64,000 nucleotides of DNA, from NCBI GenBank assembly GCA_016789445.1, contig JAEUQT010000001.1, positions 67,603 to 131,602 on the forward strand, written 5' to 3'. The notes below the pieces were generated by a model, which was not told the origin of the DNA, made no database searches, and saw only the letters and a list, made by a program, of their open reading frames with translations. A program made the translations under genes and the position numbers. How positions within the stretch are numbered: the first letter of the stretch is position 1; each line of letters opens with the position of its first letter. Below are positions 53,078 to 62,247 of the stretch, in pieces. This DNA comes from a bacterium (GTDB lineage Bacteria > Patescibacteriota > Minisyncoccia > Phycocordibacterales > UBA2100).

Positions 53078-54226
53078 GTGATGTTCAAATTCAAGGTTCT
53101 GAAGCAATCGAAAAAGAGCCGCGCCCGTCTCGGTGTCATCTCTACACCCCATGGCGAGGTCGAGACCCCGACGTTCATTCCGGTCGCGACGCGGGCCACG
53201 GTGCGCACCCTCGATACCGATGAGATCGCGGAAGTGGGCTCGCAGATGCTCATCGCGAACACCTACCACCTCCACCTCGCTCCTGGCGAAGATATCGTCA
53301 AGAAAGCAGGCGGCATCCATGGCTACATGCAGTGGGATAAGCCCCTCATGACGGATAGCGGCGGGTTCCAGGTCTTCTCGCTCGGCTTCGGGCGCGATCA
53401 CGGCGTCGGAAAGATCCTCAAAGACGAAAAGGAGCGCTCGATCGAAACCGGCGCACAGCCGGTTGCGGTGAAGATCACTCCAGATGGCGTGCATTTCCGC
53501 TCCCCTATCGACGGAAAACAGCACTACCTCTCCCCGAAGGTCTCCGTCGGCATCCAGGAGAAACTCGGCGCCGATATCATCTTCGCGTTCGATGAATGCC
53601 CATCCCCCCTCGCGAGCGAGGACTACATGCGTAAATCGCTTGAGACCACACACCGCTGGGCCAAGGAATCACTTGATGCACGCAAGAATGCGAAGAAGCA
53701 GGCCATGTACGGCATCGTGCAGGGCGGCGCGTTCAAGCACTTACGTCTCGAGAGCGCGAGAGCGATCGGCGCCATGGACGGTTTTGAAGGCTTCGGTTTC
53801 GGCGGCGAATTCGGCTACAACAAGGCGCAGCTCAAGAAAGGCGTGAGCGAGGTCGTTGATGCTCTCCCTTCGCACAAGCCACGCCACGTCCTCGGCATCG
53901 GCCATCCGGAAGATTTCCCGATCATCGCCCAAGCAGGCGGTGACACCTTCGACTGCATCGCTCCCACGCACTACGCACGTCGCGGCGTCATCTTCACCTC
54001 GAAGGGTCGCATTGATTTGCGCAAGCCGCGCTTCCTCAAAGAATTAAAACCCCTTGATCCGAACTGCAAGTGCATGATCTGCCAGAACTACACACGCAGC
54101 TATATCTCGCACCTTCTGCGCGGCCACGAACTCTCGGGCCTCAAGCTCGCCACCTACCACAACCTCTTCTTCTTCAACAATCTCGCGAAGACGATGCGCA
54201 AGCGCATCAAGGACGGCGACCTCTAA
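53078..54226 (+). CDS. tgt: queuine tRNA-ribosyltransferase
   Basis: TPHGEVETPTFIPVAT, LIANTYHL and MTDSGGFQV motifs. C-terminal Zn site CKCMICQNY...H. Confidence 0.92.
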   Translation: MMFKFKVLKQSKKSRARLGVISTPHGEVETPTFIPVATRATVRTLDTDEIAEVGSQMLIANTYHLHLAPGEDIVKKAGGIHGYMQWDKPLMTDSGGFQVFSLGFGRDHGVGKILKDEKERSIETGAQPVAVKITPDGVHFRSPIDGKQHYLSPKVSVGIQEKLGADIIFAFDECPSPLASEDYMRKSLETTHRWAKESLDARKNAKKQAMYGIVQGGAFKHLRLESARAIGAMDGFEGFGFGGEFGYNKAQLKKGVSEVVDALPSHKPRHVLGIGHPEDFPIIAQAGGDTFDCIAPTHYARRGVIFTSKGRIDLRKPRFLKELKPLDPNCKCMICQNYTRSYISHLLRGHELSGLKLATYHNLFFFNNLAKTMRKRIKDGDL

Positions 54227-55782
54227 TCCTCGAGGAAACGCACGCTTGCGTGCATCCCCGGGTGTATACGATCATCCGGATCAAGCGCGACGGTTACCGC
54301 AAAACTGACGAATCCGTCGGTATTTTTCTCGCCTTTGCCGATTTCCGCGACACGCCCCTTCAGCTGGATATCCGTTCCTTCGAATGCAACAAGGGCGGGT
54401 TGTCCGACGTTCGTGCGCACGACCTGTCCTTGTGCGAGATACACCACCACAAGCGTGTCTCGCGCGAGAAGTCTCGCGACCACCTCCCCATCATCCACAT
54501 ACTGGGCTTTTTTCTTCTCGATACTCGCGATGACGCCACTGAACGGTGCCCGTACTTCGTAATTCGAGAGTGTGCCCTTCGCATCATCGAGCCGGTTACG
54601 CGCACGCGTCACCTCCAGCTCCGCGGCTTTCCGCTCAGCGTCAGAGGCTGAGATGCGTGTCTGTGCAGCGTCTCCCCCTTCTGAAGCTGCGCGCGCCATG
54701 CGGATCCCCTCGATGGATCCATTGAGAAGCGCGAGCTGATCGGTCAGCTGGGAGGAGTAGTTCGAAAGCGCATCAGTATATTCCTGGAAGACCGGTGGTT
54801 CCGTATATCTCAGTGACCGGAAATGATTCTGTTCGAATGAAAATAATTCGTTGACTGCTTTCGTCGCATCCGAGAGCGCACCGATCGCCTCTTGGGACTG
54901 GATGAGCAGCGCCCACATCTCTTCGTCGCTCGAATTGCTTGAGATGCGATGGTATTGATCGGCGGCCCGCTGGTATTTTTCCTTCGCCGCCAGATACCGA
55001 TCACCTGCACGAGTACTGACGTCGTCGATGGCCTCGTTGTCCTCACTGATGCGCTGCGCATGCGCCATCAGGTAATCGACGCCATCGTCCGAAAATCCGC
55101 TGCCATAGAGCATGCCTGAGAGTCCCGAGACGAGATCCGGCAGCGTCAGATAGATCTCCGTCATCTGAATGTAGGCATCATCAAAGAGACCGGGGATGGA
55201 CGCGGCCGCTTCGCGACGAGACGATGAATCATCGGGAGCGGAGGCAGCCTCGGAACCCACCTGCGCGAGCGCGAGTTCGGCACGAGCGAGCTCCGCTTCC
55301 GCATCGCGTACGTTCCGCCGTGCTTCCACATCATCAATGCGGACGATAACCGCACCCTCTTCGACAAAATCGCCCACACGCCCGACGACTTCCTCGACGA
55401 GTCCGCCTGCCCGTGATGAGAGCGAGAGTTCGCGCGCCGGCACCGTATCCCCATCAGCGATAACGCCCGCAATCGCTGCAGGCGGCATATCCCCTTCGAG
55501 GGAGAACGGCAGCATCGCGACCAGCGAATTCCGGAACTCTCCCGGAGTCGATACGCCCATGGCGACACCGAAGCTCGCAAGGATGAGAAGGAGCCCTGCA
55601 ATCGCCACCGAGGCGCGCACGCCACCGGCCGCAACCGCCGCTGATTGCGTGTGATGCGTACGGAAATTATTCCATCGATCACGTACGGAGGTCTTCGTCG
55701 TATTCAGTAATTCAGTCAGATTCGATCGTTTCATCCATGACGGCATACCTACTATTTTCATGCGCAATCTATAGCGTGGCAA
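54223..55782 (-). CDS. HlyD-family periplasmic adaptor (membrane fusion protein) with long coiled-coil insert
   Basis: N-terminal TM, biotinyl/lipoyl-like beta strands (VVGRVGDFVEEGAVIVRID, VRAPFSGVIASI), long alpha-helical hairpin, C-terminal beta-barrel. Confidence 0.8.
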   Translation of the reverse strand: MPRYRLRMKIVGMPSWMKRSNLTELLNTTKTSVRDRWNNFRTHHTQSAAVAAGGVRASVAIAGLLLILASFGVAMGVSTPGEFRNSLVAMLPFSLEGDMPPAAIAGVIADGDTVPARELSLSSRAGGLVEEVVGRVGDFVEEGAVIVRIDDVEARRNVRDAEAELARAELALAQVGSEAASAPDDSSSRREAAASIPGLFDDAYIQMTEIYLTLPDLVSGLSGMLYGSGFSDDGVDYLMAHAQRISEDNEAIDDVSTRAGDRYLAAKEKYQRAADQYHRISSNSSDEEMWALLIQSQEAIGALSDATKAVNELFSFEQNHFRSLRYTEPPVFQEYTDALSNYSSQLTDQLALLNGSIEGIRMARAASEGGDAAQTRISASDAERKAAELEVTRARNRLDDAKGTLSNYEVRAPFSGVIASIEKKKAQYVDDGEVVARLLARDTLVVVYLAQGQVVRTNVGQPALVAFEGTDIQLKGRVAEIGKGEKNTDGFVSFAVTVALDPDDRIHPGMHASVRFLED

Positions 55783-55931
55783 GGAGAATTCCGCATGAAG
55801 CCATCATTCAGCGGGACTGTAAATGATTCCGTGCGCATGATTCGCTCCCGGAGCGCGCACGCATTCACGGCAGTCTAATCTCATCAATCTAGAGTACGTA
55901 CGTCGCGCATTACTAGCATCTAAGCGCCCAA

Positions 55932-57056
55932 ATGGCGCATTACGACGATATGCATTCGAAACACTATTCAGAAGATTATAAGGATATATTCCTCGCACTC
56001 GGGATCCTCACCGCGGCGATCCTTGCCTTGGGCGCTACCACCGCCTACGCGGATACCAACGACCAGGACTGGGAGAATCGTGACGAGGCACGGAATATCG
56101 ATGTGCAGCTCTCGGGGTCGAAGGAGGTACCTTCGGTCAATACCGATACCACGGGACGATACTGGCTCGACTTCGACAAAGACGGCTCCGACATGACCAG
56201 TCGGCTTGATGTCTACGACGGAGATGAAATCACCGCCGCCCACCTCCATTGCGCGGAGCCGGGCGAGAACGGTCCTCCCGTCGTGACGCTGTTCGAAGAC
56301 TCGAACGGCACTGACGTGGATGGCCAGCTCGTCAGCGGCTCGATCGATGATACCGATATCGATGACGCGAACTGCCAGTCGGAGATCGGCTATGACATCG
56401 ACAATGTTCAGGACCTTGCCCGCGTTATCAATGACGGCAAGATCTATGTGAACGTGCACTCACAGGCACGCCCTGAAGGACTGATCCGCGCGGATCTTCC
56501 GGAAGGTCAGCGCAATGACGATAATGGTCATGGCGGCTGGAATGGATCAGATGATCACGGCTGGGATTCCAATGATCACGGCTGGAAGGACGATGACCGT
56601 GACGGAAAGAACGACTGGTACAAGGATCATGATGGTTCCTGGAAGGACAGCTGCAATGACTGGAGCGATGACAATCACGACGGCAGGCATGACTGGAACA
56701 ACAAGGAATGGGATCGATGGGAGAAGGATCGATCTGGTTCATGGGATAACAATTCCCACTCCTGGAATGATTCGAAGGATGATCACCATGACTACGATTG
56801 GAAGGATTCTGATCATCAGAAGAACAATAACCATGACTGGGACAACCAGAATGACCACGAATGGAAGCACGGAAAGAATGACTGGAATTCCAACGAAAAC
56901 GATGGTCGTGATGGGAAGGACGGCAACGATGGCCACGACGGCTACAGCAACAACCGGAAGGATGATGGGAACCGATGGGGTGGAAACGATTCGCACACAT
57001 CGGATCGCATCCTCTCCGACATCAGCGCGCGACTCGGTGTCCGACTCGGTCGCTAG
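55932..57056 (+). CDS. CHRD domain protein with about 160-aa Asp/Asn/His/Trp-rich periodic C-terminal tail
   Basis: CHRD signature AAHLHCAEPGENGPPV ... IYVNVHS. Tail has DHGW/NDW/HDW units with Trp every 6-12 residues. Confidence 0.8.
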   Translation: MAHYDDMHSKHYSEDYKDIFLALGILTAAILALGATTAYADTNDQDWENRDEARNIDVQLSGSKEVPSVNTDTTGRYWLDFDKDGSDMTSRLDVYDGDEITAAHLHCAEPGENGPPVVTLFEDSNGTDVDGQLVSGSIDDTDIDDANCQSEIGYDIDNVQDLARVINDGKIYVNVHSQARPEGLIRADLPEGQRNDDNGHGGWNGSDDHGWDSNDHGWKDDDRDGKNDWYKDHDGSWKDSCNDWSDDNHDGRHDWNNKEWDRWEKDRSGSWDNNSHSWNDSKDDHHDYDWKDSDHQKNNNHDWDNQNDHEWKHGKNDWNSNENDGRDGKDGNDGHDGYSNNRKDDGNRWGGNDSHTSDRILSDISARLGVRLGR

Positions 57057-57066
57057 ATTGCAACGC

Positions 57067-57094
57067 AAACCGCCCCGCAAACGGGGCGGTTTCG
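57067..57094. terminator. bidirectional intrinsic terminator
   Basis: AAACCGCCCCG-CAAA-CGGGGCGGTTT between convergent genes. Confidence 0.6.
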
Positions 57095-58126
57095 TTATGC
57101 GTGCTCTTCGAGAACCTTCATATACACCGCTTCGTAGCCGTCGGCCATCTTTGTGGCGCTGAAATTCGTGAGCGCCCTCTCTCGACAGACCGCACGATCG
57201 ATATTGCCGATATTCTCGACCGCCTCGATCATCGTGTCGAGATCCTGCACGACGAATCCGGTCACCCCCGTATCGATGATTTCCGGGATCGAGCCTTTAT
57301 CAAAGGCCACGACCGGGCACCCCGTCGCCATGGCTTCGATCAGCGTGAGTCCGAACGGCTCCCGCCAGGTGACCGGATGCAGGAAGCAGCGTGCGTTCAT
57401 CATGAGCTTGTTGCGCTCTTCCTCATTCACCTCTCCGATCCACTGGATGCGATCGCTCAGGCGCGGCTCGATATATTCCTTGAAATACAGCTGATCCTGC
57501 GGATCCACCTTTGCGGCAATGATGAGCGGTAGATCCAATTGCTGCGCGACCTCGATCGCGAAGTGCACACCCTTCTCCTGCGAGATGCGGCCGACATAGA
57601 GGAGATACTCCCCCATTTCTTCTCCGAACGGATAATCATCCATCGGCAAGCCGTTGTAGACGGTCCCCGCATGATTGAGACTCGGCAGGCTGTACATCTG
57701 CGCCTCGGAGATGGTTACGATATGCGGCCCATGCAGCGTTTGGAAAAGCTTTTTCGTTTCTGCATTGAATGCCCCATGCATCGTCATGACGACCGGAGTG
57801 GTCGCAAGATTCGCGATAGGAAGGCTTACCGGCGCGAGATGATCGTGGATGATATCGAACTCATCCTGCAGTTCGTAGGCGAGACCGAGGTTAAGAAGCG
57901 TCCACGGATTCAGTCCATAGATATCTTTCATCTTCGCCTCGCGGATCCCGCGGGGATAGACGCTTTCAAGCTTGGCTGATGTGAGCGAATCCCCGCTCGC
58001 GAACAGGGTCACCTCATGTCCACGCTTCACCAACTCCTCCGTGAGGGCATGGACCATGCGTTCGGTCCCCCCGTATTTCTTGGGAGGTACCCGCTCGACG
58101 ATCGGGGATATCTGCGCGATGCGCAT
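57095..58126 (-). CDS. glycosyltransferase family 4
   Basis: MRIAQISPIVERVPPKKYGGTERMVHALTEEL and C-terminal EPFGLTLIEAMATGCPVVA (GT4 EX7E region). Confidence 0.88.
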   Translation of the reverse strand: MRIAQISPIVERVPPKKYGGTERMVHALTEELVKRGHEVTLFASGDSLTSAKLESVYPRGIREAKMKDIYGLNPWTLLNLGLAYELQDEFDIIHDHLAPVSLPIANLATTPVVMTMHGAFNAETKKLFQTLHGPHIVTISEAQMYSLPSLNHAGTVYNGLPMDDYPFGEEMGEYLLYVGRISQEKGVHFAIEVAQQLDLPLIIAAKVDPQDQLYFKEYIEPRLSDRIQWIGEVNEEERNKLMMNARCFLHPVTWREPFGLTLIEAMATGCPVVAFDKGSIPEIIDTGVTGFVVQDLDTMIEAVENIGNIDRAVCRERALTNFSATKMADGYEAVYMKVLEEHA

Positions 58127-58246
58127 TTGCCTAAGTGTACGGATGTAAGATGAAAACTGGCTGAGCTTGCAGTAGTAAAAAACCTATGTTATAGTAACGA
58201 CGGCTTCGCGACGGGTTTCCCTCCCCGCCAAAACGCGAGCCGTGCT

Positions 58247-58289
58247 GCCCCAGGATCACCTCCCCCGTGATCCTGGGGTTTTCTTTTTA
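58247..58289 (+). terminator. orphan plus-strand intrinsic terminator between two minus-strand genes
   Basis: CCCCAGGATCAC-CTCCCCC-GTGATCCTGGGG followed by TTTTCTTTTT. No plus-strand CDS upstream. Confidence 0.5.
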
Positions 58290-58790
58290 CGCGCGCCGTG
58301 CCGCCTGTGCTTTTTTGATATTCGCCTTCTGCGCCCTTCGCATGGCGGGAGTCGGCTTCGCTGCTTCCGGCACGTTCCTTGCCGGGTGTGCGCGGAAAAT
58401 ATCGCCCTTCACATGGTATATGTGACCGCTCAGGCTTTTGAGGACAGAACGTGCTTTCTTATCGGTGATGATGAGATGCCCGTTCTTTACGTGAGCATCT
58501 TCCTTGGAAATGAGCCACGAGACCGTGTCCCATGAGCCGCTGGATCGTCGTCCGGTTAACCGCTCAAGTCCACCCTTCTCTCCCACATCCTGCACACGGA
58601 AACTCGTGAAGTCATTCTTATCCCGCACCACGATCCGATAGAATTTTCCCCCTCCGGTCGAACTGGGTTTCTTGCGGGCCCTCCCTTGCGGCTGCGCGAG
58701 CGTGCGCTGCCGTTTCGTCATCCCTCTCCATGCAGCCTGCGCTTTCTTGATGTTCTTCTTCGCGGCCGCGCTCTGCTTTTTCGTTGCCAT
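58287..58790 (-). CDS. hypothetical protein with duplicated Lys/Ala-rich termini
   Basis: 167 aa. KKNIKKAQAAWRG near the N-terminus and KANIKKAQAARRA at the C-terminus. Confidence 0.62.
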   Translation of the reverse strand: MATKKQSAAAKKNIKKAQAAWRGMTKRQRTLAQPQGRARKKPSSTGGGKFYRIVVRDKNDFTSFRVQDVGEKGGLERLTGRRSSGSWDTVSWLISKEDAHVKNGHLIITDKKARSVLKSLSGHIYHVKGDIFRAHPARNVPEAAKPTPAMRRAQKANIKKAQAARRA

Positions 58791-58867
58791 AGCGAATACA
58801 TGAACTCATAATGCACCCACTATAGCACTCGAGGACGCCTGTAATGAACGTGACGCACGCAACCGGC

Positions 58868-59383
58868 TTACCCGCGCACGTACGCGAGAAGCGGTTCAAG
58901 ATTCTGTTTCTTCACGCCGTCGAACGGCTTGAACCCTTCGTAGGCCGCCTTGTTCTCCGGTGTCCGATTGAAAAGGTATCTCAGATAGAGCATCGTCTGC
59001 GGGACGGCGACCAGGAAACGATCCTTGAGATCGAGATCCATCGCCCTGCCGAGAAGGCCGAAATGGACGATCTTCTCGCGGATATCCGCAGGGACATTAT
59101 CGGTATAGAACTTCTCCTCCGCCGGTCCCGGACCGGCTCCCGAGACGGTAAAAAGGATCACCTCCTTGTTCCGCAGCACGTTCCATTCATCGAGGAGGAA
59201 TTTCACGCCGACGATCTTCCCCATATGCAGATAGCCGCCGATGATGACGCGATCAAAACGCGCGAGATCGGTCACCGCTATATCGGAGACATGCTTCAAT
59301 TCCGCACCGATTTCAGCGGCGACCCATTCCGCATACTGTTTCGTCGATCCGTATTTACTCTCGTACACGACGAGCGTAGCCAT
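58868..59383 (-). CDS. flavodoxin-like fold protein
   Basis: TLVVYESKYGSTKQYAEWVA, typical flavodoxin N-terminal phosphate-binding loop. Confidence 0.78.
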   Translation of the reverse strand: MATLVVYESKYGSTKQYAEWVAAEIGAELKHVSDIAVTDLARFDRVIIGGYLHMGKIVGVKFLLDEWNVLRNKEVILFTVSGAGPGPAEEKFYTDNVPADIREKIVHFGLLGRAMDLDLKDRFLVAVPQTMLYLRYLFNRTPENKAAYEGFKPFDGVKKQNLEPLLAYVRG

Positions 59384-59384
59384 A

Positions 59385-59636
59385 TCATTCCTCTCCTTCC
59401 ATCTCCGCCAGACGCGTGTAGTAATCGGGCAATTCCTTCAGATGGGCCAGAGCGATCTTGCCGGTTGTCGTAAGATCATCGTCCGTCACGTTCGTCTGCG
59501 GGTCGCGCGCTCCGTGCTCGAGCTCGACGGCAAGGCCGAGGCGGAACTGTTCGAGGTCGACGACGGTCCAATCGATACCGATACCCTCCCCGATGGTTCG
59601 CGCTTCGTCTGCAGTGAATTCACGCTTCATAATCAC
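59385..59636 (-). CDS. small acidic hypothetical protein (83 aa)
   Basis: ORF 2 nt downstream of the flavodoxin-like gene. No family assigned. Confidence 0.55.
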   Translation of the reverse strand: MIMKREFTADEARTIGEGIGIDWTVVDLEQFRLGLAVELEHGARDPQTNVTDDDLTTTGKIALAHLKELPDYYTRLAEMEGEE

Positions 59637-59776
59637 TTCTTGAATATCTGGTAGCCGCCGAGGAGTCCGAGCGCGGCGGTCGCTATCACGATGGAGACCG
59701 AAGGATCGATCATGGCGCTCCCGAGGACGAGGATGGCGGCCAATATCGAGAGTATGCCGTGATGCTTATCGCTCAT
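59633..59776 (-). CDS. small membrane protein (47 aa)
   Basis: Start MSDKHHGILSILAAILVLG overlaps the upstream stop as ATGA. Two hydrophobic helices. Confidence 0.45.
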   Translation of the reverse strand: MSDKHHGILSILAAILVLGSAMIDPSVSIVIATAALGLLGGYQIFKK

Positions 59777-60237
59777 ACCGTCAGCGGGATATCGATGATC
59801 ACGTTCTCGGTTCCCGATGCATTCGTCGTGTAATCCGCCCAACGGACCGACTTCGGTTGGATCCAGATGATCGCCGTCGCATCATTATCGAGCTTCGTGA
59901 TGGGTGCGTAATACCGGCTGTTCGACGTGAGGGCTTTCATGAGATCCATCCCATGTGCGCCGATCTCCTCCGGATGCTGCAGCGCGCTCGCGACACCCTC
60001 GATCTGGATGGTCTGCGGAACATCCTGGCGCCCTACCGTGAATGCGACCGCAGGATGTTCCTGCAGGTTCGCGAATTTCCTGCTTGTCTTGAGGGTGACA
60101 AAAAAGATATTGAACGCGTCATCTGCCACGTAGTAGATCGCGCTGCCATGCGGCTTGTCGTCCGATGTGACCGTAGAAAGCACTCCGGCCTGATGCTCCT
60201 TGAGGAAAGCGAGCGCTGCGGTTCGCGCGTCTGCCAT
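59773..60237 (-). CDS. pyridoxamine 5'-phosphate oxidase-like FMN-binding split-barrel protein
   Basis: AFLKEHQAGVLSTV...GSAIYYV, pattern of the PNPOx-like family. Confidence 0.78.
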   Translation of the reverse strand: MADARTAALAFLKEHQAGVLSTVTSDDKPHGSAIYYVADDAFNIFFVTLKTSRKFANLQEHPAVAFTVGRQDVPQTIQIEGVASALQHPEEIGAHGMDLMKALTSNSRYYAPITKLDNDATAIIWIQPKSVRWADYTTNASGTENVIIDIPLTV

Positions 60238-60241
60238 ACGA

Positions 60242-60760
60242 TTATTCTACCACCAAACGGCCGCCCTCGATCTTCGCGCGAAGCGTTATTCCCACGGAAG
60301 GCTGTACCGCCATCGGTTCATCTGGTTTGCGATCAGCGTAGTTGACGATCACTTTTCCGTCCTGGATCTCGGTGGACTGTGGCGCCACGCGATCCCCGAG
60401 AAGTATGCCGTTGGTGCCGCGATACCCTTCACCATCCTTGAGTGCCGCAACGACGTACACGAACGTGCCGCTTCCCCCGCCGTTCTGGATAAGGATGAAT
60501 GCGCTGTCTTCGTCGCCATCACCGTCGAGATCACCCTTCGCTTCGTTGCCGAAATATGCCGTGATCGTCTTGGATGTCGGCGTGTCCTCCACGATGGAGT
60601 TACCGTCGGTGAGCGTCACCTGCTTTTCCTGGATCTCGTAGGTCGCGTTCTTAGGGGTGCTCGCGAGCGGTTCGTGCCCGCCCGCGGGCGGCGCACTGTA
60701 GAGATAAAACCCGACGCCGATGATGATAAGGATCAAGAGACCGAAGATGAAACGTAGCAT
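60242..60760 (-). CDS. hypothetical membrane-anchored protein (172 aa)
   Basis: N-terminal TM then soluble domain with DLDGDGDED motif. Confidence 0.62.
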   Translation of the reverse strand: MLRFIFGLLILIIIGVGFYLYSAPPAGGHEPLASTPKNATYEIQEKQVTLTDGNSIVEDTPTSKTITAYFGNEAKGDLDGDGDEDSAFILIQNGGGSGTFVYVVAALKDGEGYRGTNGILLGDRVAPQSTEIQDGKVIVNYADRKPDEPMAVQPSVGITLRAKIEGGRLVVE

Positions 60761-60767
60761 GGTGGTT

Positions 60768-60992
60768 TTATAAATCTTGAAGGACTTGTAAATCTCCGGC
60801 TTCGATCATGCTCGTATACGAGCTCATTGCTTTCGGCACGGCATAGATGAGGCCGAAGAGCGGCAACACGAGTAACACGATGGTCACCCAGAACATGATC
60901 TGCATATAGCGACGCGTGGCGAGCACTGCTTCCCTGATCTCTTCGATCTTTGCTTCCTGCTGCTGAAGCTTTTGCGCGAGCTCGGTATCCAT
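60768..60992 (-). CDS. small membrane protein (74 aa)
   Basis: Coiled N-terminus followed by one TM. Confidence 0.5.
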   Translation of the reverse strand: MDTELAQKLQQQEAKIEEIREAVLATRRYMQIMFWVTIVLLVLPLFGLIYAVPKAMSSYTSMIEAGDLQVLQDL

Positions 60993-61053
60993 AGCGACAA
61001 GTGTAGCAAGGATTGCCGTGAGAGATAAGAATACCTACGCCAAATCGGGCAGA

Positions 61054-61287
61054 TCACGCGACGATCCGGAATCGTTTGTTCGGCGATCGCACTCCGGCTT
61101 CGAGCCGCACCTTCTGGACGGCGACGCCGAAATGCCGCGCAAGAAGCTCGCGCACGCGATCATTCGCACGGTTCTCTTCTGCCGGCTCTTTGACTGCTAT
61201 CTCGAACTGCGTCGGTTTCAGCTCGAACGATTCCTTCCGTGCACCGGCACGGACTTTGACGCGTATGCTTTTCCCGCTATTCGGCAT
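61054..61287 (-). CDS. DUF167 (YggU/UPF0235) family protein
   Basis: IRVKVRAGARKESFE ... IAVKEPAEENRANDRVRELLARHFGV ... VRLEAGVRSPNKRFRI. Start trimmed to MPNSGK. Confidence 0.7.
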   Translation of the reverse strand: MPNSGKSIRVKVRAGARKESFELKPTQFEIAVKEPAEENRANDRVRELLARHFGVAVQKVRLEAGVRSPNKRFRIVA

Positions 61288-61543
61288 CCGGGTGGTGCTG
61301 GGACTCGGTGGTGTCGTGATGCTCAGCCTTGGTTGCATGAGCAGGTGCGTGCGGCGGCAGCGGCATGATGACGATCGCAAGGATGTACGCGATCACTCCC
61401 GGGAAGATGCCCGTGAAGATGACGATGAGCATCCAGAAGAGGCGCAGGAGCGTCGCGTCGATATTGAAATACTCGGCGATGCCGCCGCAGACGCCCGCAA
61501 GGAGCTTGTTCGAAGTACTGCGATAGAGCTTCTTCTCCAACAT
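61277..61543 (-). CDS. PspC domain protein
   Basis: LYRSTSNKLLAGVCGGIAEYFNIDATLLRLFWMLIVIFTG, the PspC N-terminal domain signature. Confidence 0.75.
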   Translation of the reverse strand: MLEKKLYRSTSNKLLAGVCGGIAEYFNIDATLLRLFWMLIVIFTGIFPGVIAYILAIVIMPLPPHAPAHATKAEHHDTTESQHHPDAE

Positions 61544-61607
61544 ATCTGCATGCTACCACCGGCTGGAACATAAGAAAACCCCGAGCGATTTCTCGCTCGG
61601 GGGTATG

Positions 61608-62216
61608 TCATGCCGCTTTCACGGCTCGCAGGCCGCCGCGCAGCAGCGCACGCTCATCTTCCGTGAACAATGACGCCATCTCGCGGACATGCCTGATGAG
61701 AGCCTTGTCGTCGGAGCTGAGGATCAGCCTGATGAGCATCTCGCGATACGCATCGTTATAGCGACGGAGCCGTCGTCGCTTCCAACGCTCTCGTGCTTCG
61801 TGCGGGAACGTGGCCCCGACACTGCGCAGAAGCTCCCACGTACGCGAGAACGACTCGCGATCAAGCGACGGGTGCCGCAGCCCGCTTTTGAGCAACGTCA
61901 TCCGGCCGGCCCGCGTCGCCCCGATCGTCGGCGTGTCGGCATCGCCGAAGACGAAAAACGCCTTGAGTGCGGCTTCGGCGTCACCGAGCCGGGTGAGCAC
62001 CTGCACGAAGCGTTCGGGAGCCATCTGGACGAGCGCAAGGGCGACCATCTCCTTCAGATAGCGTTTCGACTGGTCGGAGGTGTCGCCGGAGTCGTAGTTA
62101 CGACGATAGAAATCAGCGGCATGATGCCCGCCATATTTCTCGAGCAACTCGACTCCCTTCTTCGAGAACAGCATTAAAGAACTCCTTTGGCTGTTTCGCT
62201 GCATCTGCAGCAGCAA
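61608..62216 (-). CDS. hypothetical protein (about 190 aa, helical)
   Basis: ORF with no recognised family. Likely start at MLFSKKG. Confidence 0.55.
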   Translation of the reverse strand: MLLQMQRNSQRSSLMLFSKKGVELLEKYGGHHAADFYRRNYDSGDTSDQSKRYLKEMVALALVQMAPERFVQVLTRLGDAEAALKAFFVFGDADTPTIGATRAGRMTLLKSGLRHPSLDRESFSRTWELLRSVGATFPHEARERWKRRRLRRYNDAYREMLIRLILSSDDKALIRHVREMASLFTEDERALLRGGLRAVKAA

Positions 62217-62247
62217 GTAAAATACAATGTATATTGAGGAACGTCAA

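Noticed and set aside
55795-55878. 27-aa plus-strand ORF (MKPSFSGTVNDSVRMIRSRSAHAFTAV) with AAGGAGA 7 nt upstream
   Set aside because: It sits in the divergent promoter region between the HlyD-like and CHRD genes. The SD-like sequence overlaps the HlyD-like start on the other strand. It is too short and unconserved to call.
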